64,000 nt of DNA from a virus: positions 10,714-74,713 of IMG/VR virus record IMGVR_UViG_3300009093_000003; one strand, given 5' to 3'. Made by a program: the position numbers and the translations under genes. The notes beneath the pieces are model-generated. The model made no database searches, was not told the DNA's origin, and saw only the letters and a list, made by a program, of their open reading frames with translations. Below, one piece after another: positions 36,341-46,872 of this stretch (positions are counted from its first letter, which is position 1; every line of letters starts with the position of its first letter).

Positions 36341-37558
36341 TTAATCTGCTTCTTCACGTTCCACATTATTTTCCTTTGCCCTCATCTCCTGTAATTTGGC
36401 CGCCATAGCTTCTTCCAGCGTGTTGTACGCCTGTGGTGGGCTGGGGGCGACATAATTAGGGTCAATCCCCTTGATCTTCGCCATGGTAGCGCGTATGGCT
36501 TCGGTTTTTACCTGTGAAGCGACCGACGCGATGATTTTCTTATGGTCACGCAGTAATCGCACACCTTCGGCGATTTTGTCCGGGTTCCATGTTCCATCTT
36601 TGTTAGTCCACTGTTCAGATTCCATCCATTTGAAAATGTTGAAGTCTTTCATTTCCGCTACCTGTGCCGCTTTCTCATCATCAGTCCAGACATATTCCAC
36701 TCCCTTGTCGTCTATGTCTATCTTAAAGTTTGAAAGTTTAGGAACGGTTTCCTCAACCTTTTTCTGCCATTTGGCGATACGTTCGGCTGCCTGGTCAGGG
36801 GTTTCCTGGGGTGCCTGTGTACTTGTTTCTGCTTTTTTTAGTTCGGGTAATATTAGTTTGCTTTGTTTATCAATCATCGCTACACGCTTGTCAAAAGCAT
36901 GCATCTGCAATAATTCAAGATTTTTTTCAACCTCCCGGTTATGGGCGTTGGCCTCTTTCAGTTCCTCTTTATCTACTTCCGGGTCAAGGCCATCGGTATC
37001 AATTTTTTCAAGGTTCGTACCGTATTTGTGACGCAATTCCAGGTCGATACGCTTTGCGTCCCATGCGGGATTTTCGGCCTTTAAAGCGTTTTTCATAATA
37101 TCCACGTCGGACATCGACTTATAGTCCTTTTCCTTTTCGGAGATATAGTCTTTCAGCGCCTTTGTGCCTTCTTCAGATTGGACCAGTTCAAACCATGCCT
37201 TAGCCTCGTCATTCTTGAATTTTGGCACGGCTGATTCAAGTTCTTTAGCACGAACTTCAATACTGTCGTAGTTTTTTACTTTATCCAGGGCGGCAATAAA
37301 ATCAGCTTCTGTTTTGAAAAGGCCGTCAGACTTTGTGGCAAGCCATTCGTCATAGTTTACGGCAGGCGGCGCATCGGCGGGTGGTGGCGGGGTGTTCGCT
37401 CCAGGCGCAGGTGTGGTGTCATTAGTATCGGCAGGTGGCTGGTTCTCGGTGTTGATAATCTCGTCAAACTTAATTTCAGGAACTTCCGATACCGGTTTAG
37501 CCTCTTTTATTGCTTCGAGTAAAGCCGGGTCATCAAAGTTTATTTCGTCTACGTCCAT
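36341..37558 (-). CDS. capsid scaffold/assembly protein
   Basis: Acidic, Pro-rich N-terminus, KDYKSMSD motif, coiled coils; directly upstream of the capsid gene. Confidence 0.75.
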   Translation of the reverse strand: MDVDEINFDDPALLEAIKEAKPVSEVPEIKFDEIINTENQPPADTNDTTPAPGANTPPPPADAPPAVNYDEWLATKSDGLFKTEADFIAALDKVKNYDSIEVRAKELESAVPKFKNDEAKAWFELVQSEEGTKALKDYISEKEKDYKSMSDVDIMKNALKAENPAWDAKRIDLELRHKYGTNLEKIDTDGLDPEVDKEELKEANAHNREVEKNLELLQMHAFDKRVAMIDKQSKLILPELKKAETSTQAPQETPDQAAERIAKWQKKVEETVPKLSNFKIDIDDKGVEYVWTDDEKAAQVAEMKDFNIFKWMESEQWTNKDGTWNPDKIAEGVRLLRDHKKIIASVASQVKTEAIRATMAKIKGIDPNYVAPSPPQAYNTLEEAMAAKLQEMRAKENNVEREEAD

Positions 37559-37576
37559 AAAGTATTTTGAATAGCG

Positions 37577-37589
37577 TAAAGGTAAATTG
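37577..37589 (-). promoter_or_regulatory. late-promoter candidate CAATTTACCTTTA
   Basis: Identical 13-mer also at 50386-50398; contains TACCTTTA, a variant of TAnnTTTG; 19 nt upstream of the scaffold ATG. Confidence 0.55.
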
Positions 37590-37665
37590 GAATAAACAAT
37601 TTATTGCAAACAACATTTTGTTTATGATTTATCATTTATTTTACTATATTTGAATAAAAAACAGT

Positions 37666-37854
37666 ATGAATTTTTCAGATGATAAAGAAAAAATACAAGC
37701 GAGAGAAACTTCTTTACGCTTAGCGATACAACTTAACTCATCGCGTGGGGTATACAACCAAGGACTGGCCCAACAAAGCCATGTAGAAGCACCATCTATT
37801 TCAAAAATACTTGGCGATGCTGATAAAATTTATGAATGGCTAATAAAGGACTAA
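37666..37854 (+). CDS. hypothetical protein
   Basis: LRLAI...ILGDADKIYEWL; TATATTTG promoter at 37645-37652. Confidence 0.65.
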   Translation: MNFSDDKEKIQARETSLRLAIQLNSSRGVYNQGLAQQSHVEAPSISKILGDADKIYEWLIKD

Positions 37855-38042
37855 TGGCTACAATCGGGGAACAAGTTACATCAAAACGAAAAGAGTTAAA
37901 GCTAACTCAAATGCAACTCGCCACAAAAGCTGGTATTTCATTAGACACGCTTAGCCGGATTGAAAATAACAGGAGTGTTAACCCCACATTGGTCGTGATT
38001 AACCTACTTCAAAAGGCATTGGGTATTAAATTTGAAATATAA
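37854..38042 (+). CDS. XRE-family HTH regulator
   Basis: RKELKLTQMQLATKAGISLDTLSRIEN; probable ATG 37854. Confidence 0.9.
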   Translation: MATIGEQVTSKRKELKLTQMQLATKAGISLDTLSRIENNRSVNPTLVVINLLQKALGIKFEI

Positions 38043-38458
38043 TGGAAGTGCTTGAGCAGACAAAGCATACCGTAAGCAAATACCAAATGCTTGAAAGGTT
38101 ACAATTTAGTAAAAACTTACAAATTGCTATTAAAGCGAATCAATTGCTTCTTGGTGAAATCGGTGAACAGGATATAAAGGGGTTGTTTCTTGACGCGGTT
38201 TGCCGTAATGATTATGCTGATGCTATAAAACGGGCCGACGATCATAATTTAGCCGCTATAAAAGCAAAAGATTTTTCTGTCGGAAAGTTTATGTTTATCC
38301 ACCCCGATAAACTCGGATATGTCACAGGTGAAAAATATTACTTAAAAATAAAGACCGTCAATGGCTATATTCAGGTTACTCCGCCTGTTAATTCAGATGC
38401 TACAGAATTAATTTATCCAAATTTCTCTAAGTTTTTCTATGACTTTAAGTCAATATAA
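38042..38458 (+). CDS. hypothetical protein
   Basis: Coupled ORF. Confidence 0.6.
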   Translation: MEVLEQTKHTVSKYQMLERLQFSKNLQIAIKANQLLLGEIGEQDIKGLFLDAVCRNDYADAIKRADDHNLAAIKAKDFSVGKFMFIHPDKLGYVTGEKYYLKIKTVNGYIQVTPPVNSDATELIYPNFSKFFYDFKSI

Positions 38459-38460
38459 GT

Positions 38461-38652
38461 ATGGTAACAAAACAATATATGGCTGATAAAATAAAGGCGC
38501 TTCACGAAAGAGAAGATGAATTAAATCGCCGTAACGGTGAACTTGATAAACATATCAGAATACTTAAAAACGAAAAACATAAAATAGCCAAAGCTATCTC
38601 AAGATTGGTATTGTATAGAAATGGACAGGTAAAATTTTGGAAATCATTATAA
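38461..38652 (+). CDS. hypothetical coiled-coil protein
   Basis: 63-aa ORF. Confidence 0.55.
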   Translation: MVTKQYMADKIKALHEREDELNRRNGELDKHIRILKNEKHKIAKAISRLVLYRNGQVKFWKSL

Positions 38653-38662
38653 ATAGTAAACC

Positions 38663-38866
38663 ATGAAAATACTCGACACTTTTGAACCCGCTTTTTTCAA
38701 TAAAAAAATTATTGATGAAAAATTTACAGCGAACCTTGACATCGACTTAAATTGTAAAAGAGCTATTTTTCAGGATTATAATAAAAACGAATTTTTTTAT
38801 GAAAAAGGTCTGATACGTTCATTCAAATCGAATATACCAAAACCAACCGAATTAACCCTTGTCTAA
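38663..38866 (+). CDS. hypothetical protein
   Basis: 67-aa ORF. Confidence 0.5.
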   Translation: MKILDTFEPAFFNKKIIDEKFTANLDIDLNCKRAIFQDYNKNEFFYEKGLIRSFKSNIPKPTELTLV

Positions 38867-39344
38867 TATGACCAAATTGGAACAAATAGACCAACTACTT
38901 TCTATTTACCCTGAATATCTTAAATATTACATTGAAAAAAGGGTACCCGAAATTACCTATGCACAAGATTTAATGCGTGGGTATAGGTTGACAGGGAATA
39001 TGTTTTATCATTATGAAGAATGTAATGGGATACTTTCATTTGATGAATGGTTGGCTAAAAGAAGAATACCGGTGACAGAAGTGTGTATCCCTGAAACAGT
39101 GCTTATTGAAGGGAAAAAATATTATAAACTAAAATGCAGTTGTCCGTGCCATACACCAAATCGCGCTATTATCCACTTTATTGCTTGTTGTAATGACGGA
39201 TTTAATTATCGGCCAGTGAATAAAAACGAAATTGATTTAAGCAGTTTAACGATTGTTGTGCCAAAATCATTCATTGAATTTCAACAGAAATATCCAAACG
39301 CTAAGAATTGGCGACATCCCCCAACAGAACCGATTGATTGGTAA
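38859..39344 (+). CDS. hypothetical protein with CxCxCH...CC metal motif
   Basis: KCSCPCH...HFIACC. Confidence 0.6.
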   Translation: MSNMTKLEQIDQLLSIYPEYLKYYIEKRVPEITYAQDLMRGYRLTGNMFYHYEECNGILSFDEWLAKRRIPVTEVCIPETVLIEGKKYYKLKCSCPCHTPNRAIIHFIACCNDGFNYRPVNKNEIDLSSLTIVVPKSFIEFQQKYPNAKNWRHPPTEPIDW

Positions 39345-39347
39345 ACA

Positions 39348-41798
39348 TTAAGCCGCTACCGGCTGTTCTTGCTGTGGTGGGATTTGTTGTTGTCCAGGCT
39401 GCGCTTGTGGTGGTGGTTGATTTTGCTGATTTCGTTGCGCTTGTTGCTGCATGGCCGACAGCATAAATTGTTTTTGAGTTTCTTCGACTATTCCCAATCC
39501 ACTCCAAACAAATTCTGGAATATCCGCAATGGTGGCTCCCGGTTGACTTAATATAGCATCAGCAACCTTTTCTTTTAATACACCAGCCCATGTGTATGAA
39601 GCCTTCACGCCCTCGTTAGCTCCCTCCTGCTGCATTTGCTCTATCTTGTTTTTATGCGATTGTTGCTCCAATTCCATATCCCCCTTCGCCTTAACTTCCG
39701 CAGCGGCATTGGCCTGTGCAACATTGTTAGCTGAATTTTTCCTTGCCGTTTCTTCGTCTTCGGCTTTCTTTTGTTTGGCATATTGTGCCAGCATAAACGA
39801 CCGGTATGTTGGATCGTCTATTAGCGATAACTCTGCCACGGCTTCCAAACCTATTTGCCCTTGTTCCAATGCTATCTCAATTAGATGATCCCACTTCTCC
39901 TGATCGGCTTTATCCAGTACAACTTCGATTTTTGTGTCGAAGAGCAGTTGAGCAATATCTTCGCCCATATCCCTCATATACTTAATATCATCCTCTCCTA
40001 ATGCCATATTGTACCCGTCAAAGCTATCATCTTTCAAGAAAAATTTATCAAGCAACAGTAACTCCACATTCTTAGCAACACCCTTTTTAATGTTTAAAAC
40101 GGTTTTGTAAACATAGTTTGACGGTTCTGCAGCAATCTCCCTGGCATCATTCAGCGTTGCGTTAGCGGTTGCCTGGTTGGTGATGTTACCGCTTGCAAGG
40201 TTATTGTCCCCGGTTACGATTTGCAACTTTTTATAGGTTGACCAGAATTGTTCTTCCAGTTCTTTTAACTTTTGGCTTGCCGGGTGCGTATTTGGCTTTA
40301 TTGGCGGTTCCTGCGGCCTGTCGTCGCCCTCTATGTCGCGGCCCATGTAATATTGATTACCTGTTTGCAGGTAGATACCCAAAAGCTGCATAGGCGATAG
40401 TACACCTAACCCCTGTCCCATGTCGATATTAGCTATGCCAAGCGTGTCAATACTAAAGCCATCCGGTGCCGTCATAGCAATTATAGCCTGCGACTTGCAC
40501 CAAATGTTTTGCAGCATATCGATCATCGGCATCATTGTCTCAACCAATGATTTGTTGTTGCAATGGTGGTTATTGTGCATGTGTATGGTGTACGGGCTTC
40601 TTATCTCCACCAAATTATTATTTGGTTTCAGCATATCCTTAGCCAGTCCCCATTCCAGCACAATGTTGACGTCACCCTCTACAATGCCAACGCCGTGATA
40701 AGCTACATAATAAGGCTTAGATTGCTCTTTTCTTTCGGGTGGCAAAGCCTCTAACCTGTCCTCATACAGTTTGTCCCTGCCAAAACCTACCTTTTCCTTG
40801 CGATACGTGAGGTTATACAGCGTTTTATAGTACAAATCGACTATAGGTACGCTCACCGCGTCATAAGGCCGTGCAAGGGCTGTATTGTAGCTATAATCCC
40901 AATCACACGTCATATCGGTGGCATTGCCATAACTGCCAATAAACGTTTGCGATATTTCCCATAATTTTTCTTCGGTTACTACCGGGCTGCCGTCCGGCTT
41001 TGTGCGTCCGCTCGTGCGCAGCCTGACTTCTGATATGGCTATGTTTCGCGCTTGCCCCTGCCATTGCCAATCCTCGAAATTATCAAGTTCACTGTAAGAG
41101 CTAATAAAGCATTCGGGCTTTACCACCGGCGTTTTTATCCATCCGTTGCCGTTTAATTCAGTCAGGCAGCATGCCCAGCCGCAGCAAAAGGTATCCCATA
41201 TCAAACGCTTTTTTATCACATCGTCCCATTCGTTCTGCTCAAAGACTATGTTTTCGGCCATTTGCATGATCGTTTCTTCACGAAGCGGCTTTATTTTAAA
41301 CCTTACGTCGAGTTCGCGTTCTGATTTTGGGTCGTGATCTGAAAAGTGCTCTAATTGCAAACCTGATTGTTCCTGTAACCCTTGCAGAACCGGGCGGTAA
41401 TTCATTTTAAACCTGGCTTCGTCTTTTTCCTTTTTCTTTTTGTCGGAGGCAAGCTGGCCGGAAGCACGGCACTTTATTTTTTCTATTCGTTCAAGGTATC
41501 GGTCGGTTTTGGCGTTGAGCAATGGGGTTGCTATGGCAAGAGGGGAATAGTCGATGTTTAGCACAATCGGCGTTCCCTCAATTTTTATCAGGTCACGGTA
41601 TTGATCTTCCGGCTGCTTGCCCATCGCGTATAAACGAGACTTTTCGTAGCGTATCATCCTGGCCGCGTATGTTTCCGCACCGTAGCCGCTTTTCCACCGG
41701 GCATAACATTGGCGAAGCACTTTTAAGCCGAAGTCGTAACTGTCTTTCCTTTTATCGGGGGATAGGGGATTTTCGGTGAGTGGTGATTCCGGGTACAT
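39348..41798 (-). CDS. portal protein
   Basis: 816 aa after terminase; RLYAMGKQP, LNIDYSPLAI, PDGFSID, YLQTGN motifs of crAss-like portals; Gln-rich tail. Confidence 0.88.
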   Translation of the reverse strand: MYPESPLTENPLSPDKRKDSYDFGLKVLRQCYARWKSGYGAETYAARMIRYEKSRLYAMGKQPEDQYRDLIKIEGTPIVLNIDYSPLAIATPLLNAKTDRYLERIEKIKCRASGQLASDKKKKEKDEARFKMNYRPVLQGLQEQSGLQLEHFSDHDPKSERELDVRFKIKPLREETIMQMAENIVFEQNEWDDVIKKRLIWDTFCCGWACCLTELNGNGWIKTPVVKPECFISSYSELDNFEDWQWQGQARNIAISEVRLRTSGRTKPDGSPVVTEEKLWEISQTFIGSYGNATDMTCDWDYSYNTALARPYDAVSVPIVDLYYKTLYNLTYRKEKVGFGRDKLYEDRLEALPPERKEQSKPYYVAYHGVGIVEGDVNIVLEWGLAKDMLKPNNNLVEIRSPYTIHMHNNHHCNNKSLVETMMPMIDMLQNIWCKSQAIIAMTAPDGFSIDTLGIANIDMGQGLGVLSPMQLLGIYLQTGNQYYMGRDIEGDDRPQEPPIKPNTHPASQKLKELEEQFWSTYKKLQIVTGDNNLASGNITNQATANATLNDAREIAAEPSNYVYKTVLNIKKGVAKNVELLLLDKFFLKDDSFDGYNMALGEDDIKYMRDMGEDIAQLLFDTKIEVVLDKADQEKWDHLIEIALEQGQIGLEAVAELSLIDDPTYRSFMLAQYAKQKKAEDEETARKNSANNVAQANAAAEVKAKGDMELEQQSHKNKIEQMQQEGANEGVKASYTWAGVLKEKVADAILSQPGATIADIPEFVWSGLGIVEETQKQFMLSAMQQQAQRNQQNQPPPQAQPGQQQIPPQQEQPVAA

Positions 41799-41828
41799 AC
41801 GAAAAAATTTACCAAATATATAAAATAA

Positions 41829-43943
41829 TTAACCTGTATTTTTAAAAGCTAAACTTACGCCGCCGCGGGCATGTATGGGCAATATTTTCAAATTGTTCTT
41901 TTTAACTTCGTTTTTAACCTTAACACTTTCGCTCAATGCCATCAAAGCATATCCCCATGCCATACATGCGTCATATTTAGTCCTGTTATCCGGGTCAAAG
42001 TCCCGCATATCGGTAAGAAGCCTTTTAAACCGTATTTTATGAATGTTATTAAGCGCATACTCTACCATGAATGAAAGATGCTGCTCGATAGTGTCCTTGC
42101 TTTGCTGGCTCGGCTTGCCATATACTTCCGTCCCATCCCACCTTTTTGTTGTAACCAGGTAGCCATGCTTAACCACGCTTTCCTTTGGCGAAGCCAGTCG
42201 CCTTGACGGGCTTGTAAACCAATCTTCCCATGATGTTTCAGCACGTTCGGCAAGCATCTTTATCCCGTAATATTCGATTCCTAAAGCGATTTGCTGGTGA
42301 AAATCTTCTTTTGATTCCGGGTGTCCCAAAAACATCGCTACAGGGGCGTACGAATTGATATTAAAAGGATCAAGCGCCTTTTCGCGGGTGTGTATCATTA
42401 AACAAGCATCCGACCCGTCCTCAATAGCCGATTTCGAGTGCATGTAACTATCCATACCCGACGCACCATAAATTACATTATCAGGGCATTTAATGTTGTT
42501 TTTATAGACGTAGCGATTATTATTTTCAATAAGTTCTAAAATATACCACATTCCGGCAGGATCGTCTTCCGGCATAGACTTTCCTTCAAGGTTGCGCCTG
42601 AATGTCATTCTTCTGCCCATTTCCTTAGCGCCTGTTTCTTCAAGTATTTCCTCAATTTTTGCTAATTGGGCATTAACATCATCAAGTTTAAATTTACACT
42701 TGTTGTTGGCTCCCTGAAAACATTCCCTCCATTCAAAAGGATTGTTCCGCATTTCTTCGGCAAGTTCTTCGGGATCCGCGGCTTTCATATCGCGGGTCAC
42801 CTGTAACCATTGTTTAGCTCCGATATATGGGTCAGGGCATGTTTCCCACTGCTTGGTAACAAAGTTCCAGTATTTGTGTGTTTTAAGCCATTCTATTTGC
42901 TGTTCGGTTGGATTTTCAATAATACTCTCACCGTATTTTCCAACATATCCCAAATAACCACGATAAGCCGGCAAGAAAAATCGCTTTAATTTTGTTTTGG
43001 TACGGCCATACTTATCTACCTTTCCTGTTATATGGTCCGAGCCATCCCATATTTCCCTAAAGTTATCACCGCCTTGGTCGCCTTTGTTTACCGTGCTGAA
43101 TACCGATACCTTTCCAACAACCGTAGTACCAGTTATCAGGGTATCGCCTATTTTGTTTAAACAGGTTTTTACATTGACCTTTTTCCACTTAGCCGCTTCA
43201 TCAATAGTTACGTGACGCATTGGTCGTCCGTCATAGGCAGTTTCAGAGGTATCAAGATAGTTAACCCGGTTATTCTTTCCCCTGTCTGCCGAAAGAAACT
43301 TATTGTTCTTGCTGATACGCGGCACCTGCTTTGCTATCCAAATTTCGCTGTCATTGGCTGCGGCAATCTCCGGCATCAGGAACGGTGGAACGTTTTCAAG
43401 GCATTTACGTACCATTAGGTACATTTCAAACGCATCATCACCAGTTTTAGAGACAATCCCTGAAAGTGTATCGTTATCCAATAATGCAATAAGCACCTTT
43501 ATGGAGGCCGACATTGAGGACAATCCGACACGCCGCCCTTTTATTCCTATATCTCCGAAGCAAAACCTGTCCTTTTCACACAACTCAAAAAACCGGAAAT
43601 ATTCAAGGGATGTTTCTTTAAATGTTGGCCGGTGCCCGTTAAGCAAAATACACCATTGATGAAAGAAATAACAGTAATTATTGAAATAAACCGGCTCCCC
43701 TTTTATCATTATCCATGAGCCCACGTGCAAACGCTCTACTTCTTCTTCATACCATTTCAACTGATCGGTGAACCATAATTCTTGCGCAACTGTCCAATCC
43801 CATTGTTCATAGGTGGTGTCTCGAACCCAAACTTGATCTGATATTTTATTGGAAGAACGGCGTATACTGGATTGTTTTGGCGTTTTCGGGCATTCGTAAC
43901 GCATACCCTGAACCTCAACAACTATTACATCACCTTGTGCCAT
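41829..43943 (-). CDS. terL: terminase large subunit
   Basis: KGRRVGLS Walker A variant, TIDEAAK Walker B, FSTVN coupling motif, GMDSY nuclease, RTKYDACM. Confidence 0.93.
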   Translation of the reverse strand: MAQGDVIVVEVQGMRYECPKTPKQSSIRRSSNKISDQVWVRDTTYEQWDWTVAQELWFTDQLKWYEEEVERLHVGSWIMIKGEPVYFNNYCYFFHQWCILLNGHRPTFKETSLEYFRFFELCEKDRFCFGDIGIKGRRVGLSSMSASIKVLIALLDNDTLSGIVSKTGDDAFEMYLMVRKCLENVPPFLMPEIAAANDSEIWIAKQVPRISKNNKFLSADRGKNNRVNYLDTSETAYDGRPMRHVTIDEAAKWKKVNVKTCLNKIGDTLITGTTVVGKVSVFSTVNKGDQGGDNFREIWDGSDHITGKVDKYGRTKTKLKRFFLPAYRGYLGYVGKYGESIIENPTEQQIEWLKTHKYWNFVTKQWETCPDPYIGAKQWLQVTRDMKAADPEELAEEMRNNPFEWRECFQGANNKCKFKLDDVNAQLAKIEEILEETGAKEMGRRMTFRRNLEGKSMPEDDPAGMWYILELIENNNRYVYKNNIKCPDNVIYGASGMDSYMHSKSAIEDGSDACLMIHTREKALDPFNINSYAPVAMFLGHPESKEDFHQQIALGIEYYGIKMLAERAETSWEDWFTSPSRRLASPKESVVKHGYLVTTKRWDGTEVYGKPSQQSKDTIEQHLSFMVEYALNNIHKIRFKRLLTDMRDFDPDNRTKYDACMAWGYALMALSESVKVKNEVKKNNLKILPIHARGGVSLAFKNTG

Positions 43944-44301
43944 TTATTTTAGCCTTTACTTTTTTGCTGGCTTCTTCAAAGGGATTTCCAGTTGTTTTTA
44001 CAATTTCAACCTCCGCTTCTTCAACTGTTTTTTCGCCAGTGGTGGGTAAAGATAATGATAAAGCAAGAAAATCTTTTTTGTTTTTTACTACAGCAAGAAA
44101 GTTTGCAAAGGTCTGCCCATCTCCATTAAGCAATTTAAAATCTTCTTTTTTACCGCCCTCGGCTAATAATTCAAAATCATCAGCAAGTACATCACATACA
44201 TGGGCGAGTTCAAGCTGTAGCTTTGATACACCTCTCCCCTCTAAATAATCAATATAGGCAAGTATTTCAGCCGATACCTCTGATAAATCAGGTTTTTTCA
44301 T
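43930..44301 (-). CDS. putative terminase small subunit
   Basis: 123-aa helical protein overlapping the terL start, ends NPFEE. Confidence 0.45.
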   Translation of the reverse strand: MKKPDLSEVSAEILAYIDYLEGRGVSKLQLELAHVCDVLADDFELLAEGGKKEDFKLLNGDGQTFANFLAVVKNKKDFLALSLSLPTTGEKTVEEAEVEIVKTTGNPFEEASKKVKAKINGTR

Positions 44302-44980
44302 TTGCTTTTATTCTTTTAAATTCTTCCTGGTCAACAAAAACGCCCTTTGTCGATCCGTGCATCGGCGGCAGCATGCCCCCGCCCTGCAATAACCGGCGCT
44401 GGTGCCGCGTCAAATATACCTTTCTGAAATAAGCGCCGTCCTCAAAATTAAATGGTGTTAGCTTACCGGCCTTTAATTCGGCCATTTTCTTATCGTAATA
44501 CTTCTCATAGTCGGCTTCCAGGTCTTTGCCACGCTGCGTTAGCACCCATGCATTACGCGGACGCATTTTAATTTTGCCCGGCACTTTCGTTTTTAAAACA
44601 TATCCGCCTTTTTCCAATTCTTCCAAAATTTCTACAACTGGCTTTCTTAAATAATTTCGGTTGTACAACTTAAAATGTTGCCTCAAAAATACGCCAACAT
44701 AGCTTATAATAATCAGCACCTCCGCCTCTAATGCTGTTATCCCGTTAAGTGCATAAAACCGCCTGAAAAGCAAATGTCCGCTAAAAGAATAGTAGTAGTC
44801 GGGCTTTTTATCGACAAAGGTATATTCGTCAAATGACTTTTGCAGTTCTTTTGCTTTCGCCTCGGCTGCCTGCGCCCGTTCTTTCCATAGTTTACGCTCT
44901 GCGGCCATGTGCATGAGCTTTATGCCCTGTTTCTTATGCGCCGCCAGTAACTCACTGTATGTAAACTTACGAAGCCCCAT
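44288..44980 (-). CDS. winged-helix (MarR-like) DNA-binding protein
   Basis: ITALEAEVLI...LEELEKGGYV...WVLTQRGK. Confidence 0.7.
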   Translation of the reverse strand: MGLRKFTYSELLAAHKKQGIKLMHMAAERKLWKERAQAAEAKAKELQKSFDEYTFVDKKPDYYYSFSGHLLFRRFYALNGITALEAEVLIIISYVGVFLRQHFKLYNRNYLRKPVVEILEELEKGGYVLKTKVPGKIKMRPRNAWVLTQRGKDLEADYEKYYDKKMAELKAGKLTPFNFEDGAYFRKVYLTRHQRRLLQGGGMLPPMHGSTKGVFVDQEEFKRIKANEKT

Positions 44981-45892
44981 TTAGCTAACCACCCCGATAA
45001 TAATATCCATATTTAAAATGCACTGCCTGTTAGGCAAGATACAGCCGTGGTTACGGTACACAAGCAATTTGTCGCCAACTGACATTCGACCTGGCTTTAC
45101 CTTGTCGCCGATAGCAAGTACACTGGCGTACGTAAACCGTGGTTCCGGCGTTTCAAGATGCTTTGGATAGAGTGTCCGGGCGTGCGCCTTGTCAAGATGC
45201 GGATAGTGCTTGTCAACATATTCTTCCCGCGCATCCTCGTTAGCTATCTTCCATTGCTCCCAAGCCGGATCGGGCAAATACTCCACCAATACAACATCGC
45301 CAACCGGTAAATAACCATCATTGGTTTCAATGCCTACGATTTCCCGCTCATCAACCTTGATATACTTTTGCCCGTTGTAAATAAGGTCGTACTGAAAGGC
45401 ATCGACGGTGATAACAACCGTTCGAATATCTACCAATGGGTTGCAATCTTCCGGCAAATACTTTATTTTGATTTTTACCGGTTCTTTGGTTTCCAGCGAC
45501 GTCGATAAAATTATACCCGACGAAGTTCTTTCATATTCACTGTGTACCTCGTCGCCAAGATAAGTTCCCGGCATACACCGGATGGGGTCAACAAGAAATA
45601 AGATCATTTTTGCCGGTATCGCAGCGCGTTCCTCGTCAATCCATTTAGCCACTTCAAACGCGCCATAGTGAACGAACGCTCGGTGGCCTGCGTACCCATC
45701 AGACAATATGTCAACCACCTTCGGATTGATCTTTCTGCGGTCGGTAGTTACGCCCCAGGCAGTATCGGCATCCTCGTCCCCTTCCTCAATCACATAACGC
45801 TCCGGCACAAACAAACCACTGTCCTGCTTAACCAGCGCTGACGATTTATCATACTCGAATTTAACTATTATATTTCCGTTGGTTGGCGTCAT
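44981..45892 (-). CDS. tandem GroES-like co-chaperonin
   Basis: PTNGNIIVK, TSSGIILS mobile loop, LPVGDVVLVE, VLAIG...VGDKLLV, DIIIGVV. Confidence 0.7.
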   Translation of the reverse strand: MTPTNGNIIVKFEYDKSSALVKQDSGLFVPERYVIEEGDEDADTAWGVTTDRRKINPKVVDILSDGYAGHRAFVHYGAFEVAKWIDEERAAIPAKMILFLVDPIRCMPGTYLGDEVHSEYERTSSGIILSTSLETKEPVKIKIKYLPEDCNPLVDIRTVVITVDAFQYDLIYNGQKYIKVDEREIVGIETNDGYLPVGDVVLVEYLPDPAWEQWKIANEDAREEYVDKHYPHLDKAHARTLYPKHLETPEPRFTYASVLAIGDKVKPGRMSVGDKLLVYRNHGCILPNRQCILNMDIIIGVVS

Positions 45893-46872
45893 CTTGCTAT
45901 CTCAATTAGTCGGGTTTCCCTTAGTTTGTTAATTTTACTCAAAAGTAATTCATCGCAAATAAATTCCCAACTATCATCATGGGCACTTTCTAAAACATAC
46001 TGATATTGTCCACTCAACATTTTAGGTAATTCAACTAATGGCAAAATACCCGGCTTGTTAAATTCAGGAAATTCTTTATTGCCGAAATATGCCGCACCCG
46101 AAAAAATGCTTTCTAACCAGCTGCAATTAGATTTAGCCCGGTTAAACTGGCTATCGGTTAACGGATAAAAAAATACCTGTGGGTTTATGTCGTGCATCAT
46201 TTTATAAAATTGCACAGTTGACCCGCCCGGATTATGAAAAAAGTTCCCGTATTTAACACGGTACTCTATCCATTCAAATTTTTGTCCAAGCCAATAAAAA
46301 TGCCATTTTTTATTACTGTTGACTAATTTTACAATCCATTCTGCAACGCCAGGATAATAAATATCCCCCATATGGCTACCACCACCGCGCCACATTATCC
46401 GCTTATTTTTACCAAACGGCATTTTATCCTTTACCGGAAAGACAATTTCATTATGCGCATTCGGGATAACATGGATATTTTTATTGAATAGTCTAAAAGA
46501 GTTCTTTATGCCCTCCGTTGCTACCCAAATTTCATCAAGAAGCGCCAACCCTTTTAATGTGTGCTTCTTGTCCCCGTTATAAACGCCAAACATGGGGTTG
46601 GTTTCCGGCACGTGCAGGCAGTCGTCGTCAAAATCACCTATGACTAACTTATGCATGTCCTTAGCCATCTTTATCAGGTTTAGATGAGATTCCGACGACG
46701 GCCTTGAAATTATAACAACATCATAGGGGTTTAAAAGATGTGATTTTATGTCGTGTTCTGTTGACCGGGTAATGGTAAAGTTTTTATTTTTAAGATAATC
46801 CAACGGCATCATACGGTAGTATTCGGTAGCCGACTGCCAGTGATCGAAATATAAAACTTTTGTTACGCTCAT
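45889..46872 (-). CDS. GT-B glycosyltransferase
   Basis: YYRMMP, DFDDD, VIPNA, WRGGGSHMGD, PLTDSQFNRAKSNCSWLE motifs of phage GT4-like enzymes. Confidence 0.85.
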   Translation of the reverse strand: MSVTKVLYFDHWQSATEYYRMMPLDYLKNKNFTITRSTEHDIKSHLLNPYDVVIISRPSSESHLNLIKMAKDMHKLVIGDFDDDCLHVPETNPMFGVYNGDKKHTLKGLALLDEIWVATEGIKNSFRLFNKNIHVIPNAHNEIVFPVKDKMPFGKNKRIMWRGGGSHMGDIYYPGVAEWIVKLVNSNKKWHFYWLGQKFEWIEYRVKYGNFFHNPGGSTVQFYKMMHDINPQVFFYPLTDSQFNRAKSNCSWLESIFSGAAYFGNKEFPEFNKPGILPLVELPKMLSGQYQYVLESAHDDSWEFICDELLLSKINKLRETRLIEIAR

